From a virus: DNA of 49,486 bases. Shown piece by piece: positions 33,790-41,916 of the stretch. The DNA is taken from positions 1 through 49,486 of IMG/VR virus record IMGVR_UViG_3300045257_000116. One strand, given 5' to 3'. The notes beneath the pieces were generated by a model, which saw nothing but the letters and a program-made list of their open reading frames with translations, made no database searches and had not been told where the DNA came from. Each line of letters begins with the position of its first letter. Position 1 is the stretch's first letter. The translations under genes were made by a program, and so were the position numbers.

Positions 33790-35091
33790 TCAGTAACCCT
33801 CGCTGTTGCCGAGCGCGATGCTGAGCCCGTAGGTCATCGTATCGAGCAAATCGTCAGGCAATCCATCTTTCGCGCCGATCCTGAATTCGAATACCTGCGA
33901 CAGCCAATGATTGCGCGATTTGTCTTTGTAGGAAACCGTCTTCTCATAGGCATGGCGCGAGATTTTGCACAAGCCCTGATAGGCATAGCCCGAGACGGAT
34001 AGCGCGCGACCATCCTTGCCGGCAGCGACCAGATCGTTATCGATGGCAAAGCACGGCCAGTTCCGCCGCCGCGCCTGCTGGATCAGGATGGAGCCGGATT
34101 GCTTGTCCTCCACGAATGCGCCGATCGATCCATTCCGCGCCTGACACTGCTTCGCGTAGGCTTCTAGGTTCGTATAGACGCTCGGTAGCCAGCTCTCCAG
34201 AAGCGAACCCTCGATCTGGATGATGTCCCAATCGAGCAAAACCAACTTATGCCCAAAATGCTGATTGATCGCGTAGTAGCTGACTGCGGTCCCGTCATGC
34301 TCCTGGCCGTCCTTGACCGCCGTGTCGATCACTGCAAAGACGGCATCGCACTTCACGGGGTATTCGACCGGAGCGTCACTCACCAGAAATTTATCGATCT
34401 CGAACAGCGCCACGCCCGAGAAATCGACGAACGAGCCCTCATATTCCTGCTGATAGACCTTCGGGTGCAGATCCCGCTTTGCCGCCTCGATCTCGGCGGC
34501 CGGCAGGATATCCGCCGAGTGCCAAGTGAATGCGCCGAATTCCGCCAGCGATCCGCGCAGGGCAGTTTCGGCCAGTGCCTTTTCGTTCATCTCGTAATAA
34601 TGATTTCGGCCTTCGGGCACGCCGATCAGGTCGCACCAGCCGTTGCGGTCGGCAAGCGCCGGGCGAACGTTTTCGCCCCATGCGCCCTCTTTCATATTTC
34701 CGTATTCGTCGAGAATGCCGCCATCCCACGGCGATCCTTCGATACGTGCCGGCTTGTCCATGCCGAGAACAGTGATTTCGCTATCGTTGATCAGCTTCAA
34801 GGTGAGGTCGGATTCCGAGATATTCGCGATCAGATCGGCAGGCACCAGCTTTTTGAAGTCGCTCCAATAGATACGCTTGGCTTGGTCGCGGGTTGGTGCG
34901 CCGGCAAAGAAGCGTGCATTGTCGTAGTCGGTGCCATAGATCGCGCGCTTGACGATTTTGCGCTTAGCGAGTTCTGTCTTGCCCGAGCGTCGGCCGGCAC
35001 TGACGACATTAAACCGATGCGGGCTGTTCCAGTACAGATGCTGCATCGGGTGCGGCTTCAGCACCGTCCATCGGCGTGTCAGAAGTTCCAT
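33790..35091 (-). CDS. terL: Terminase large subunit
   Basis: 433 aa with Walker A VSAGRRSGKTE near the N-terminus and an acidic Walker B-like GILDEYG. It follows the small terminase. Confidence 0.8.
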   Translation of the reverse strand: MELLTRRWTVLKPHPMQHLYWNSPHRFNVVSAGRRSGKTELAKRKIVKRAIYGTDYDNARFFAGAPTRDQAKRIYWSDFKKLVPADLIANISESDLTLKLINDSEITVLGMDKPARIEGSPWDGGILDEYGNMKEGAWGENVRPALADRNGWCDLIGVPEGRNHYYEMNEKALAETALRGSLAEFGAFTWHSADILPAAEIEAAKRDLHPKVYQQEYEGSFVDFSGVALFEIDKFLVSDAPVEYPVKCDAVFAVIDTAVKDGQEHDGTAVSYYAINQHFGHKLVLLDWDIIQIEGSLLESWLPSVYTNLEAYAKQCQARNGSIGAFVEDKQSGSILIQQARRRNWPCFAIDNDLVAAGKDGRALSVSGYAYQGLCKISRHAYEKTVSYKDKSRNHWLSQVFEFRIGAKDGLPDDLLDTMTYGLSIALGNSEGY

Positions 35092-35551
35092 CAGTCACCT
35101 TGTCGATTTCTTGGACAAGGGCGCGCAGGCGTTGGGCGGTTGTCAAGAGCGTTTTGTCGGCGGGGTTTTTGTCGGCCTCTTCATGCGGGTTCGCCCCATA
35201 CCCAGGATCGATCTTACTCGCCCGCCAGCGGTAATGATGCGCCAGCGCCTCAGCTCGTGCGAGTTCGAACTTGCGTTCGGCTATGCCCATGTTTTTTGCG
35301 GTGCCAGCCTGTTTGAGTTCGAGTTCGGCGCGCTCGTCCCATGTTCGGGCGGCGAACCTACGGGCGGCGTCCGATTGTGCCGCCCGGTCTTTGTCCGCGG
35401 CAATCCATCGTGTGACCTGGGAACGATTGATATTCAGATCACAGGCGATCTGGCTCATGGTCACGCCGTCAATGATCAGATCGCAGAACGCCTCGATACC
35501 GAGTGCGTTGAGCTTGTCTCGCGCTTCTCCGGTGTCTGGCGGATGTCCCAT
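35009..35551 (-). CDS. terS: Terminase small subunit (HTH-containing)
   Basis: 180 aa. The HTH-like segment is VTMSQIACDLNINRSQVTRWI. It lies upstream of and overlaps terL. Confidence 0.6.
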   Translation of the reverse strand: MGHPPDTGEARDKLNALGIEAFCDLIIDGVTMSQIACDLNINRSQVTRWIAADKDRAAQSDAARRFAARTWDERAELELKQAGTAKNMGIAERKFELARAEALAHHYRWRASKIDPGYGANPHEEADKNPADKTLLTTAQRLRALVQEIDKVTDGTSDTPMDGAEAAPDAASVLEQPASV

Positions 35552-35582
35552 GCCGGGAAACTATCGGGTATGTGGGGGCGGT

Positions 35583-35771
35583 TCAATCTCGGCGGGATTC
35601 GTACTCTTGGCGAACAGATCGCGCCCACGTCAATCCGCAGCGTCGGGCACGGACGAATATCTCGTTCGGGCTACGATCCGCCACGTAACGCAGGGCTGTG
35701 CGCTCGAATTCTGACGCCTTCTGTCCGGTCTTGGTCTCAAGGAAAGCGATCAGATTTTCGGCGGTTATCAC
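35583..35771 (-). CDS. Hypothetical protein
   Basis: 62-aa ORF with an ATGA overlap with the upstream gene. Confidence 0.5.
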   Translation of the reverse strand: MITAENLIAFLETKTGQKASEFERTALRYVADRSPNEIFVRARRCGLTWARSVRQEYESRRD

Positions 35772-35998
35772 AGCAACATCCCCCGCTGATGGGGATGGTC
35801 AACGACTAGTGCAACACTCGGTTTTGCCGCACGTTCCCGATCGATCACAACCGCCTCGAACATGTTTGAGTTGAAGCTGATCGCATAGAGCATCCGGTCA
35901 ACCTCTTTCCGCGCGTCGGTCCATCCCCATACGTGACGGCCTGGCGCGGTCTTGCTCGCGTAGGTGACTTCGTAGCGGAGATAGCCGACGGTGGTCAC
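35768..35998 (-). CDS. Hypothetical protein
   Basis: ORF 35768..36100 trimmed to GTG 35998 (GTGA overlap with the upstream stop). 76 aa. Confidence 0.45.
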   Translation of the reverse strand: MTTVGYLRYEVTYASKTAPGRHVWGWTDARKEVDRMLYAISFNSNMFEAVVIDRERAAKPSVALVVDHPHQRGMLL

Positions 35999-36522
35999 GG
36001 CTCTACCCTCGTATCGGGAAGGGCCATGGTGTCGCGGCGGCCGGTTAGGGCGATTTGGTCGGATCGGACAAATAGATGAAGACCGCCGAATGCGACGCAA
36101 TAAAGGCCGCTCTCGTCCTTTCTCGTGACGACGCCCGGCGTCCCGATTTCGACTTTTTTCAGGTAGCCGACAATCTCGACAGCCTTCACTGCCTGCACCC
36201 TATCGCCGACAATGAACACATGTTCATCATGGGCGAGGGGCGCGGGATCTTCTGCTTCATGCGCAGTCATGATCCGGGTCATTTCGTCATTGATCGCCCT
36301 TGCCATGAATTTCGGATCGCGGCCATGAACCGACACGGGGATATCGCCGATCATAAGAACGCCGCCCTGCGCTCGGGCGATGTTCTGGTACCGATATTCC
36401 GCGAGAGGGCGATTGCAGAATATGCCGGCGGTGAGCGATTTCGTCTGATCCAGAGCGACAATCATCTTTTGTTCAAGCGCTGAAACACGGCGCGCGAGAT
36501 CGTCAAATTCTGCGGTGGACAT
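35995..36522 (-). CDS. Hypothetical protein
   Basis: ORF 35995..36648 trimmed to ATG 36522 (GGAG about 10 nt upstream). 175 aa. Confidence 0.55.
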   Translation of the reverse strand: MSTAEFDDLARRVSALEQKMIVALDQTKSLTAGIFCNRPLAEYRYQNIARAQGGVLMIGDIPVSVHGRDPKFMARAINDEMTRIMTAHEAEDPAPLAHDEHVFIVGDRVQAVKAVEIVGYLKKVEIGTPGVVTRKDESGLYCVAFGGLHLFVRSDQIALTGRRDTMALPDTRVEP

Positions 36523-36545
36523 TGGGACTGCTCCAAAAGTTGAAT

Positions 36546-36581
36546 GCCGCATAGACCGAGGCGAACCCCAGCCTATGCGGC
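36546..36581 (-). other. Intergenic 9-bp perfect hairpin
   Basis: GCCGCATAG (36546..36554) pairs with CTATGCGGC (36573..36581) around an 18-nt loop, between two minus-strand genes. The U-tract is weak, so a terminator function is uncertain. Confidence 0.3.
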
Positions 36582-36587
36582 GGTAGA

Positions 36588-37274
36588 TCAAGCCGGAATA
36601 GGCGCGCTCGACAAAAGCTCGATCAGTTTGTCTGATGCCCTGACCCAATACGCCTGACGGGCGGCGTAGGCGGCGTAGGCGTCGGCGGCGTAGGCGGCGT
36701 AGGCGGCGTAGGCGTAGGCGGCGTAGGCGGCGTAGGCGGCGTAGGCGTCGGCGGCGTAGGCGGCGTAGGCGGCGTCGGCGTCTTGCCGTGCCTTTATCCA
36801 GCGATCGACAGTCGGGCTCGTACCGGTATCGATGAATTCACGATAAAGCGCCGCAACATCATCGAGAGCGGCGCGCTGTTTCGATCCATCATTCGTCCGC
36901 TGCGGTAACTCTTCGGATAGCAGCCACAGTGCAAATCGCGGCCATACCATAGCGAGATCAGCGCCCGGCTGGATGGCGGACGCGAACCGCTCGGGCCATG
37001 ACTGCGAAGCGCCATTATCCAGCGATTCGAACATCCGATCTTCAAGTTCTGCGAGAATTCGGGGAATGCCGAGATGTTTTTCGTATTCGCCGTGATCTTC
37101 GTGATCGATTTCTTCGCCGCCACGCAGGGCGACAGCCTCCAGTGTGCAGCCGACCGCACAGCCTTTGCCGTCTTCCCAATACTGGCCCTTGACGAGTTTA
37201 TCGGCCTGGCGGTGGATTTCGAGTTCGTTGAGAACGAAAATCTTGAGAGACGGATCGTTGTTGTAGGCGAGCAT
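36588..37274 (-). CDS. Hypothetical protein with C-terminal Ala/Tyr/Asp repeat
   Basis: ORF 36588..37334 trimmed to ATG 37274 (GAGGAG 8 nt upstream). 228 aa. A globular N-terminal part is followed by DADAAYAAYAADAYAAYAAYAAYAYAAYAAYAADAYAAYAA. Confidence 0.6.
   Translation of the reverse strand: MLAYNNDPSLKIFVLNELEIHRQADKLVKGQYWEDGKGCAVGCTLEAVALRGGEEIDHEDHGEYEKHLGIPRILAELEDRMFESLDNGASQSWPERFASAIQPGADLAMVWPRFALWLLSEELPQRTNDGSKQRAALDDVAALYREFIDTGTSPTVDRWIKARQDADAAYAAYAADAYAAYAAYAAYAYAAYAAYAADAYAAYAARQAYWVRASDKLIELLSSAPIPA
36661..36782. repeat. Triplet-periodic tandem repeat (ggc/gta/gtc units)
   Basis: The plus strand is composed only of ggc, gta and gtc triplets. It encodes the Ala/Tyr/Asp tract on the minus strand. 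Confidence 0.9.
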
Positions 37275-37330
37275 GTTCGGGACTCCTCGGGTTGGAACTT
37301 TTGGGAATATGCCGATATGGCGAAATTCTG

Positions 37331-37483
37331 TCAATGAATATCTTGCATCCTGTCGGGTTGCGGCGCTTGCGGAGTCCCGGCCTCAAGCGCCGCGTTCGGA
37401 CTATCGCTGAAACATGAGCTAGATCGCAAGGATGAAAACGCCACCGATGCGGCCAGGCCCATGAGTGCAGCACCGAGTTTCAT
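37331..37483 (-). CDS. Small secreted/membrane peptide (50 aa)
   Basis: ORF 37331..37630 trimmed to ATG 37483 (GGAG 9 nt upstream). MKLGAALMGLAASVAFSSL is signal-peptide-like. Confidence 0.4.
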   Translation of the reverse strand: MKLGAALMGLAASVAFSSLRSSSCFSDSPNAALEAGTPQAPQPDRMQDIH

Positions 37484-37560
37484 GGCGTTACTCCAAAGCG
37501 CGCGCGGGACGTTGCGTATCGGGAGGGAGATGCGCCTGAAATCGCCCAATTTCTCGATCC

Positions 37561-37674
37561 GTGACACATGTGTCAGATGTGACGTACTTTTCCCTATAAC
37601 GCTTATACGCGCATACGCGCGCGCATACATGAGTGCTATAGGGAAAATGTCGTCACTTCCGTCACATGTGTCAC
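37561..37674. repeat. 38-nt imperfect inverted repeat arms flanking a 28-nt alternating pyrimidine-purine tract (origin/operator candidate)
   Basis: Arms 37561..37598 and 37637..37674 match at 30 of 38 positions as reverse complements. They contain multiple GTGAC/GTCAC pentamers and the 14-bp palindrome TGACACATGTGTCA. The centre, 37604..37631, is a perfect (YR)14. Confidence 0.8.
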
Positions 37675-37676
37675 GG

Positions 37677-40025
37677 TCACAGAAGTTCGTTCTCGGGAAA
37701 GCGCTGATCGCGAAAACTGGATTGATCGGAAATCACTGAAATCAGGCGAAATTTCCGCGCTGAATTGCTTCTGATTGGAATGTATCCCTCTTTTGAAAGC
37801 ACCTGGGAAAACGATTTCGATGTCCCTGGATACTCGCCGTTGCGGTCGCACCACTTTGCCCATGAGCCGAATAGCCTTCCCACGGTGTCCTCGTAGTGCT
37901 GTCCCGTCTCGCAGCACTCGGCAACCCATTGATGAAATGTGTTCTGATCCTCGAAATATTCCTGGGTTGATTCCGTAACGATTGGGGGTGGCGCTAGACC
38001 GATCCTTTGCCAGAGCAGGCAACCCTCGATCATCCAGTTGAGGATACCGGGCCATTCTGCTTGCAGCTTTTCGTCAAGGTCTTTGTCGATCACGCTTGGT
38101 TTGTTCGTGAACGGGATCATGTGAAACCGGCGGCGAACGGCTTCATCGACCGTCTTAAGAGCTGGCTTGTTATTGCCGGCGATGAGGATTTTGAATGTCG
38201 GCAGAAACGTGAAGGGATCGCCCCGCATGACGCGGGCTGTGATCGGATCGCCACCGGTCAGCGACTTGATCTTGGCTGTTGCCCAATGCTTGCCTTCCTC
38301 GACCTCCTGCGCCGTGACCATGCGTGCGCCGTGGAGGAATGCTATCTCGGTCGCGTGCTGTTCGTGCTTGGACGCCGTGAATGTCGTCATGCTCGAAACC
38401 TTGGCATAGTCCTGCATGATCGCAGTTAAAGTATTCAGAAATGTACCCTTGCCGTTTCCGCCGTCGCCATGGAAGAAAAAGAGCGCGTGTTCCTTGACGC
38501 TGCCCGTCAGGCAATAACCCGAAACACGCTGCAAGTAATCGATCAATGCCCCATCCTGGCGCGTGGCATCTTCAAGAAACTGGTTCCAAACCGGACACTC
38601 GCCCGAAACGCCGGCCGCTGTGATCTTGGTGATCCTATCGCCAGGACGAGAATCGCGGAGTTCTCCGGTCTTAAGCTCGACTGTCCCATCTGGCGTTGCG
38701 AGCAACCACGGGTCGCCGTCCCAATCTGATGACACGGTTGCAATCCTCGGGTCAGCTCGTGCGAACCTTTCGGCACCTCCCGCGGTCGATGCCTTGGCCG
38801 TCCCGCGTTCTGCCTTAATGTTCGATGATCTGGCAATCTCGCGCGCATAGTGAAATGCGAGGCTCTTGCGCTCGGGACGCCATCTGTTGCCGTCCCATTC
38901 CAGCCAGGTGTTCTGATCGTGGCAATACCGCAGGATGTTCGAGAACTTGTCCGCGAACGCGAGCGCGATAGCATCCTCGTTCGCTGCGATCTGAACCGCG
39001 TCTGTCGCGATGAAGTTTGACCAGCTCGCGGCGCGTTCCTCGATCCATTGTGCGATGAAATCAGGCGTCCATCGCGCTTCCTCGACATCGGCGGCATCCC
39101 AGCCAGGTTGCGATGGATCTGCATTGACCTGGACAAGCCGGATCGAGCGCGCGATCCCCGTGATCTTATTCGCGATATCGATCATGCAACTCGTGCCGAT
39201 CTGCTCGGCCACCGGCATGATCTCGCCAGCCTTCGAGTGATCGGGCGGATATGCCAGCGCGTCGGCATCGGGCCACAGTACGACATCGCGGCCACCGAGC
39301 GGCGCAAAGTCCGTGAATTTTGCCGCCTTGCTTCCCCCTGCCCATGTCATGGCAACGTAGCCCGGCAGGAGGCGCTGCGCTGCGTCTGTCGCCTTCTCCC
39401 CTTCGCAGAGTACCACCGGCTTTCCAGCGCCATCAGCGAGCCTGTCCAGGCCGTATAACGGGCGCGGCGCGGAATAGTGGCCCATTCCCCATGACCACGT
39501 TCTGCCGCCATCAGTGCTGCCGACAGTCCATTGTGGCGTGATCTTCTTTTTCTTCGCGCCATCGATCACGTCATAGCGAGCGACATAGAAGATGAGTTCG
39601 CCGGCCGACGATCGATATGCCCAATATGACGATGGCTCGCCCCACGCATAGACATCCATATTCGGGAGGCCATCCGCCTTCTCGGCTGGACGGGTGAGGC
39701 GTTGCGCCTTTTTGAGCAGCGCCTTCTTTGGAAATGCCGCGATGGTTTCTGTCTTGTCCGTCATAATGGCGACGGCATCGCGGAAATCTACGGAATGGTA
39801 TTTCTGGATGAAGTCGATCGCGTCACCGCCGACGCCGCAACCATGACAATGGAACCGCTCTTTATCCTCGCCGGCGTAGACCGTGAAGCTCGGGGTGCGC
39901 TCGGCGTGGAAGGGACACAGACCTTTATATTCTCGTCCGTCTTTCTTCAGGGCAACGTAGCGGGATATCAGTTCCGGCAGGCTGACCGATGCCAGGAGTT
40001 CCGATAGATCGGTGCGCGCGCTCAT
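37677..40025 (-). CDS. Bifunctional DNA primase / P4-D5-type helicase
   Basis: 782 aa. It has the CHC2 zinc finger CPFHAERTPSF...HCHGCG at the N-terminus and the Walker A GDGGNGKGT in the C-terminal half (P4-family primase C-terminal / SF3 helicase pattern). Confidence 0.85.
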   Translation of the reverse strand: MSARTDLSELLASVSLPELISRYVALKKDGREYKGLCPFHAERTPSFTVYAGEDKERFHCHGCGVGGDAIDFIQKYHSVDFRDAVAIMTDKTETIAAFPKKALLKKAQRLTRPAEKADGLPNMDVYAWGEPSSYWAYRSSAGELIFYVARYDVIDGAKKKKITPQWTVGSTDGGRTWSWGMGHYSAPRPLYGLDRLADGAGKPVVLCEGEKATDAAQRLLPGYVAMTWAGGSKAAKFTDFAPLGGRDVVLWPDADALAYPPDHSKAGEIMPVAEQIGTSCMIDIANKITGIARSIRLVQVNADPSQPGWDAADVEEARWTPDFIAQWIEERAASWSNFIATDAVQIAANEDAIALAFADKFSNILRYCHDQNTWLEWDGNRWRPERKSLAFHYAREIARSSNIKAERGTAKASTAGGAERFARADPRIATVSSDWDGDPWLLATPDGTVELKTGELRDSRPGDRITKITAAGVSGECPVWNQFLEDATRQDGALIDYLQRVSGYCLTGSVKEHALFFFHGDGGNGKGTFLNTLTAIMQDYAKVSSMTTFTASKHEQHATEIAFLHGARMVTAQEVEEGKHWATAKIKSLTGGDPITARVMRGDPFTFLPTFKILIAGNNKPALKTVDEAVRRRFHMIPFTNKPSVIDKDLDEKLQAEWPGILNWMIEGCLLWQRIGLAPPPIVTESTQEYFEDQNTFHQWVAECCETGQHYEDTVGRLFGSWAKWCDRNGEYPGTSKSFSQVLSKEGYIPIRSNSARKFRLISVISDQSSFRDQRFPENELL

Positions 40026-40225
40026 GTGTTTTTGCGCAGGCGGTTTGGAACCTCATTACGGAAATTCGAATCGTCCTGATGCTGCTCGTAGAGTTCATCG
40101 AAGAACGATTTCGGCGCTGTATCTTCGGTCTTAGCCGGCGCGGCACCATAGGCGGCGCTGAGAAAGTTTCGCTGCGCCTTGGTGATGCGCTTCTGCTCGC
40201 TGAAATCCCTCTTACGTCTGCGCAT
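40022..40225 (-). CDS. Hypothetical basic protein
   Basis: 67-aa ORF with an ATGA overlap with the primase start. Confidence 0.5.
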   Translation of the reverse strand: MRRRKRDFSEQKRITKAQRNFLSAAYGAAPAKTEDTAPKSFFDELYEQHQDDSNFRNEVPNRLRKNT

Positions 40226-40243
40226 TGCGCTTATCCTTTACCT

Positions 40244-40318
40244 GTTGAAGTCGGCACATTTGGGGTGCCAGGGCGGGCGGGACGAATCATCGCTTCAACT
40301 CGATAAGCCTTCCCGCCC
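40244..40318 (-). other. Structured intergenic element with pseudoknot-like complementarity
   Basis: GGGCGGGA (40275..40282) pairs with TCCCGCCC (40311..40318). GTTGAAG (40244..40250) pairs with CTTCAAC (40293..40299), which lies in the loop of the first stem. An extra small hairpin is GGCAC/GTGCC (40253..40269). Confidence 0.25.
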
Positions 40319-40352
40319 ATGTCCGGTAGCTGGCCGAACGATTATGAGGTTA

Positions 40353-40709
40353 TCAGTCTGCCGTTTCGCCGTCCAACCGTCTTTTGCCAAAATTCTGGCG
40401 ATAGAGGTCGCCAAGCGTAAATTCGGCCGGTCGAGGCCATGCGAATTCAGGGCGGTTTTCGCCAGTATTGAAGAATTCTCGACCTCTGTTTTTATTACAG
40501 CGGAAACAAGCGGCGACCTTTATGAAGGCTTTATCTTTCCTATCTGGATGCAGTTTATTGTAAACGTGGTCGAGCGTCAGATCGGTAGACTTCGATTTCA
40601 CGCCGCGCGGTGTCGGCGCGGTCATCTCACGCTTGCACCAAAAGCATTTATTGTTTTGATCATCAGCCAAGCGTTGCCGCTGCCGTTTCTTTCGCATCCA
40701 ATCGGGCAA
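40353..40709 (-). CDS. HNH endonuclease
   Basis: 118 aa with CFWCKREM...LTLDHVYNK...AACFRCNKNRG (the CxxC...DH...CxxCN pattern of HNH). Confidence 0.75.
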   Translation of the reverse strand: MPDWMRKKRQRQRLADDQNNKCFWCKREMTAPTPRGVKSKSTDLTLDHVYNKLHPDRKDKAFIKVAACFRCNKNRGREFFNTGENRPEFAWPRPAEFTLGDLYRQNFGKRRLDGETAD

Positions 40710-40734
40710 GAAATCCTCCCATTGTTTGGGTTAG

Positions 40735-41118
40735 TCATATCGGCAAATCCTGATCGTCCGCATCCCGCCGCGGAGCCTTCAGCCTGGGAATGCCCCACAT
40801 TGTCATGGCGTCGATGAAGTCCTGAAGGCAGTGAACCACCATGACGGCGCTACCAGCGCGAACGAGAGCGGCCCGCGTATCGATCTGCGCCTTTCTCATC
40901 ACGCCCGCACCCGTCTTGATCTCGCAGAAGAATGCCCGGCGATAGACGACGATCCAGTCGGGTATTCCGCTGCGGGTGCCAATCTTGTTGAGATGCACAG
41001 CCATGCCGGGATTACGCGCGCCGTGAGCGATTGCACTGGCGAACACATCGTCGGTGAGGTAGGCGCGGCAATATTGTGCGATCGAGGCTGACACGATGTC
41101 ATGCGCGGTCATCTTCAT
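40735..41118 (-). CDS. VRR-NUC domain nuclease
   Basis: 127 aa with GIPDWIVVYRRAFFCEIKTGAGVMRKAQ (the PD...ExK...Q pattern of VRR-NUC). Confidence 0.7.
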   Translation of the reverse strand: MKMTAHDIVSASIAQYCRAYLTDDVFASAIAHGARNPGMAVHLNKIGTRSGIPDWIVVYRRAFFCEIKTGAGVMRKAQIDTRAALVRAGSAVMVVHCLQDFIDAMTMWGIPRLKAPRRDADDQDLPI

Positions 41119-41762
41119 TGCGTTGCCCTTGGTGAGAATAGGTCGGGCTGTCTTATGCCGCGATCCAGCATTGGAAGCGTGACGGCGTACCGGCTAGCAG
41201 ACGTGCCATCGATTGAATGCGCGCCCGCCGCGTGAGCCATGCGGATACGCCTCAATGTGTTGACGCGGGCGACATGGTAATAAATGCCGCGCTCGGCACA
41301 GAACCGGCCCCATAGCGACATCTGCGCCAATTTCCACTCGGTCGATCCGCCGAGAAATATGCCGACGCTCGGCCCGACTAGCGGAGCAAGGTCTTCAGTC
41401 TCCATGCCATCTTGAACGGCAATAAGTATAAGCGGACAGATAGCGCCACATCGGTTCATATACCGTCGCGATAGATCGAGGCTTTTTAAGCCGCCCGCAA
41501 CGATATCGAGCAACACGATGAATCGGGGACAAATGGCCTGCGTTTCAACCCATTCAAGAAATAACTCAAAGCGCTCGCCATCGAATTCGCGGGCCGCGAT
41601 GAAGTCAGTCCATGCGCCGTTGTCTGCGATCCAGTCTGAAAATCCTTCAGTTCGCCATGCTCCCGCACGGCTGACTAGCAATCCCCATCCCGCATTTCGG
41701 AGAGCCGTAAGATTTTGGCGCGTACCCGTGCGGCTGGCGTACCCCATCATCGCAGTTCCCAT
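41115..41762 (-). CDS. TGT-superfamily-like protein (possible DpdA-type DNA transglycosylase)
   Basis: 215 aa. The landmarks IADNGAW, AVQDG, FLGGSTEWK and HVARVN...AGAHSIDGTS are reminiscent of TIM-barrel tRNA-guanine transglycosylase / phage DpdA proteins. This is from memory and unverified. Confidence 0.35.
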   Translation of the reverse strand: MGTAMMGYASRTGTRQNLTALRNAGWGLLVSRAGAWRTEGFSDWIADNGAWTDFIAAREFDGERFELFLEWVETQAICPRFIVLLDIVAGGLKSLDLSRRYMNRCGAICPLILIAVQDGMETEDLAPLVGPSVGIFLGGSTEWKLAQMSLWGRFCAERGIYYHVARVNTLRRIRMAHAAGAHSIDGTSASRYAVTLPMLDRGIRQPDLFSPRATQ

Positions 41763-41875
41763 GCTCGGATAGCATCCATCACTTCATCGACGATGGGGTG
41801 TTTGACCGACTTTTGGCCGTGATCAAACACCCATCCGCGCCGATCAACCCAGAACTGACGATGATCTTGCATCAT
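41747..41875 (-). CDS. Small hypothetical protein (42 aa, below ORF-track cutoff)
   Basis: Hand translation: MMQDHRQFWVDRRGWVFDHGQKSVKHPIVDEVMDAIRAWELR. It fills the gap between two genes and overlaps the next start by 16 nt. Confidence 0.3.
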   Translation of the reverse strand: MMQDHRQFWVDRRGWVFDHGQKSVKHPIVDEVMDAIRAWELR

Positions 41876-41916
41876 GAATAGTTCGCCCTCTGGATAAAGG
41901 TCAGAGCGGATTACCT

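Noticed and set aside
26534-35316. Large antisense ORFs opposite structural genes, for example 26534..27430 (298 aa), 31506..32513 (335 aa), 34249..35316 (355 aa), and also 13222..14049 and 48232..48810.
   Set aside because: They are Arg/Ala/Gly/His-rich and lie exactly opposite genes with recognisable motifs (capsid, MuF-like, terminase, baseplate J, sigma factor). They have no coupling to neighbours. This is the usual open-antisense-frame artefact of about 58-60% GC DNA.
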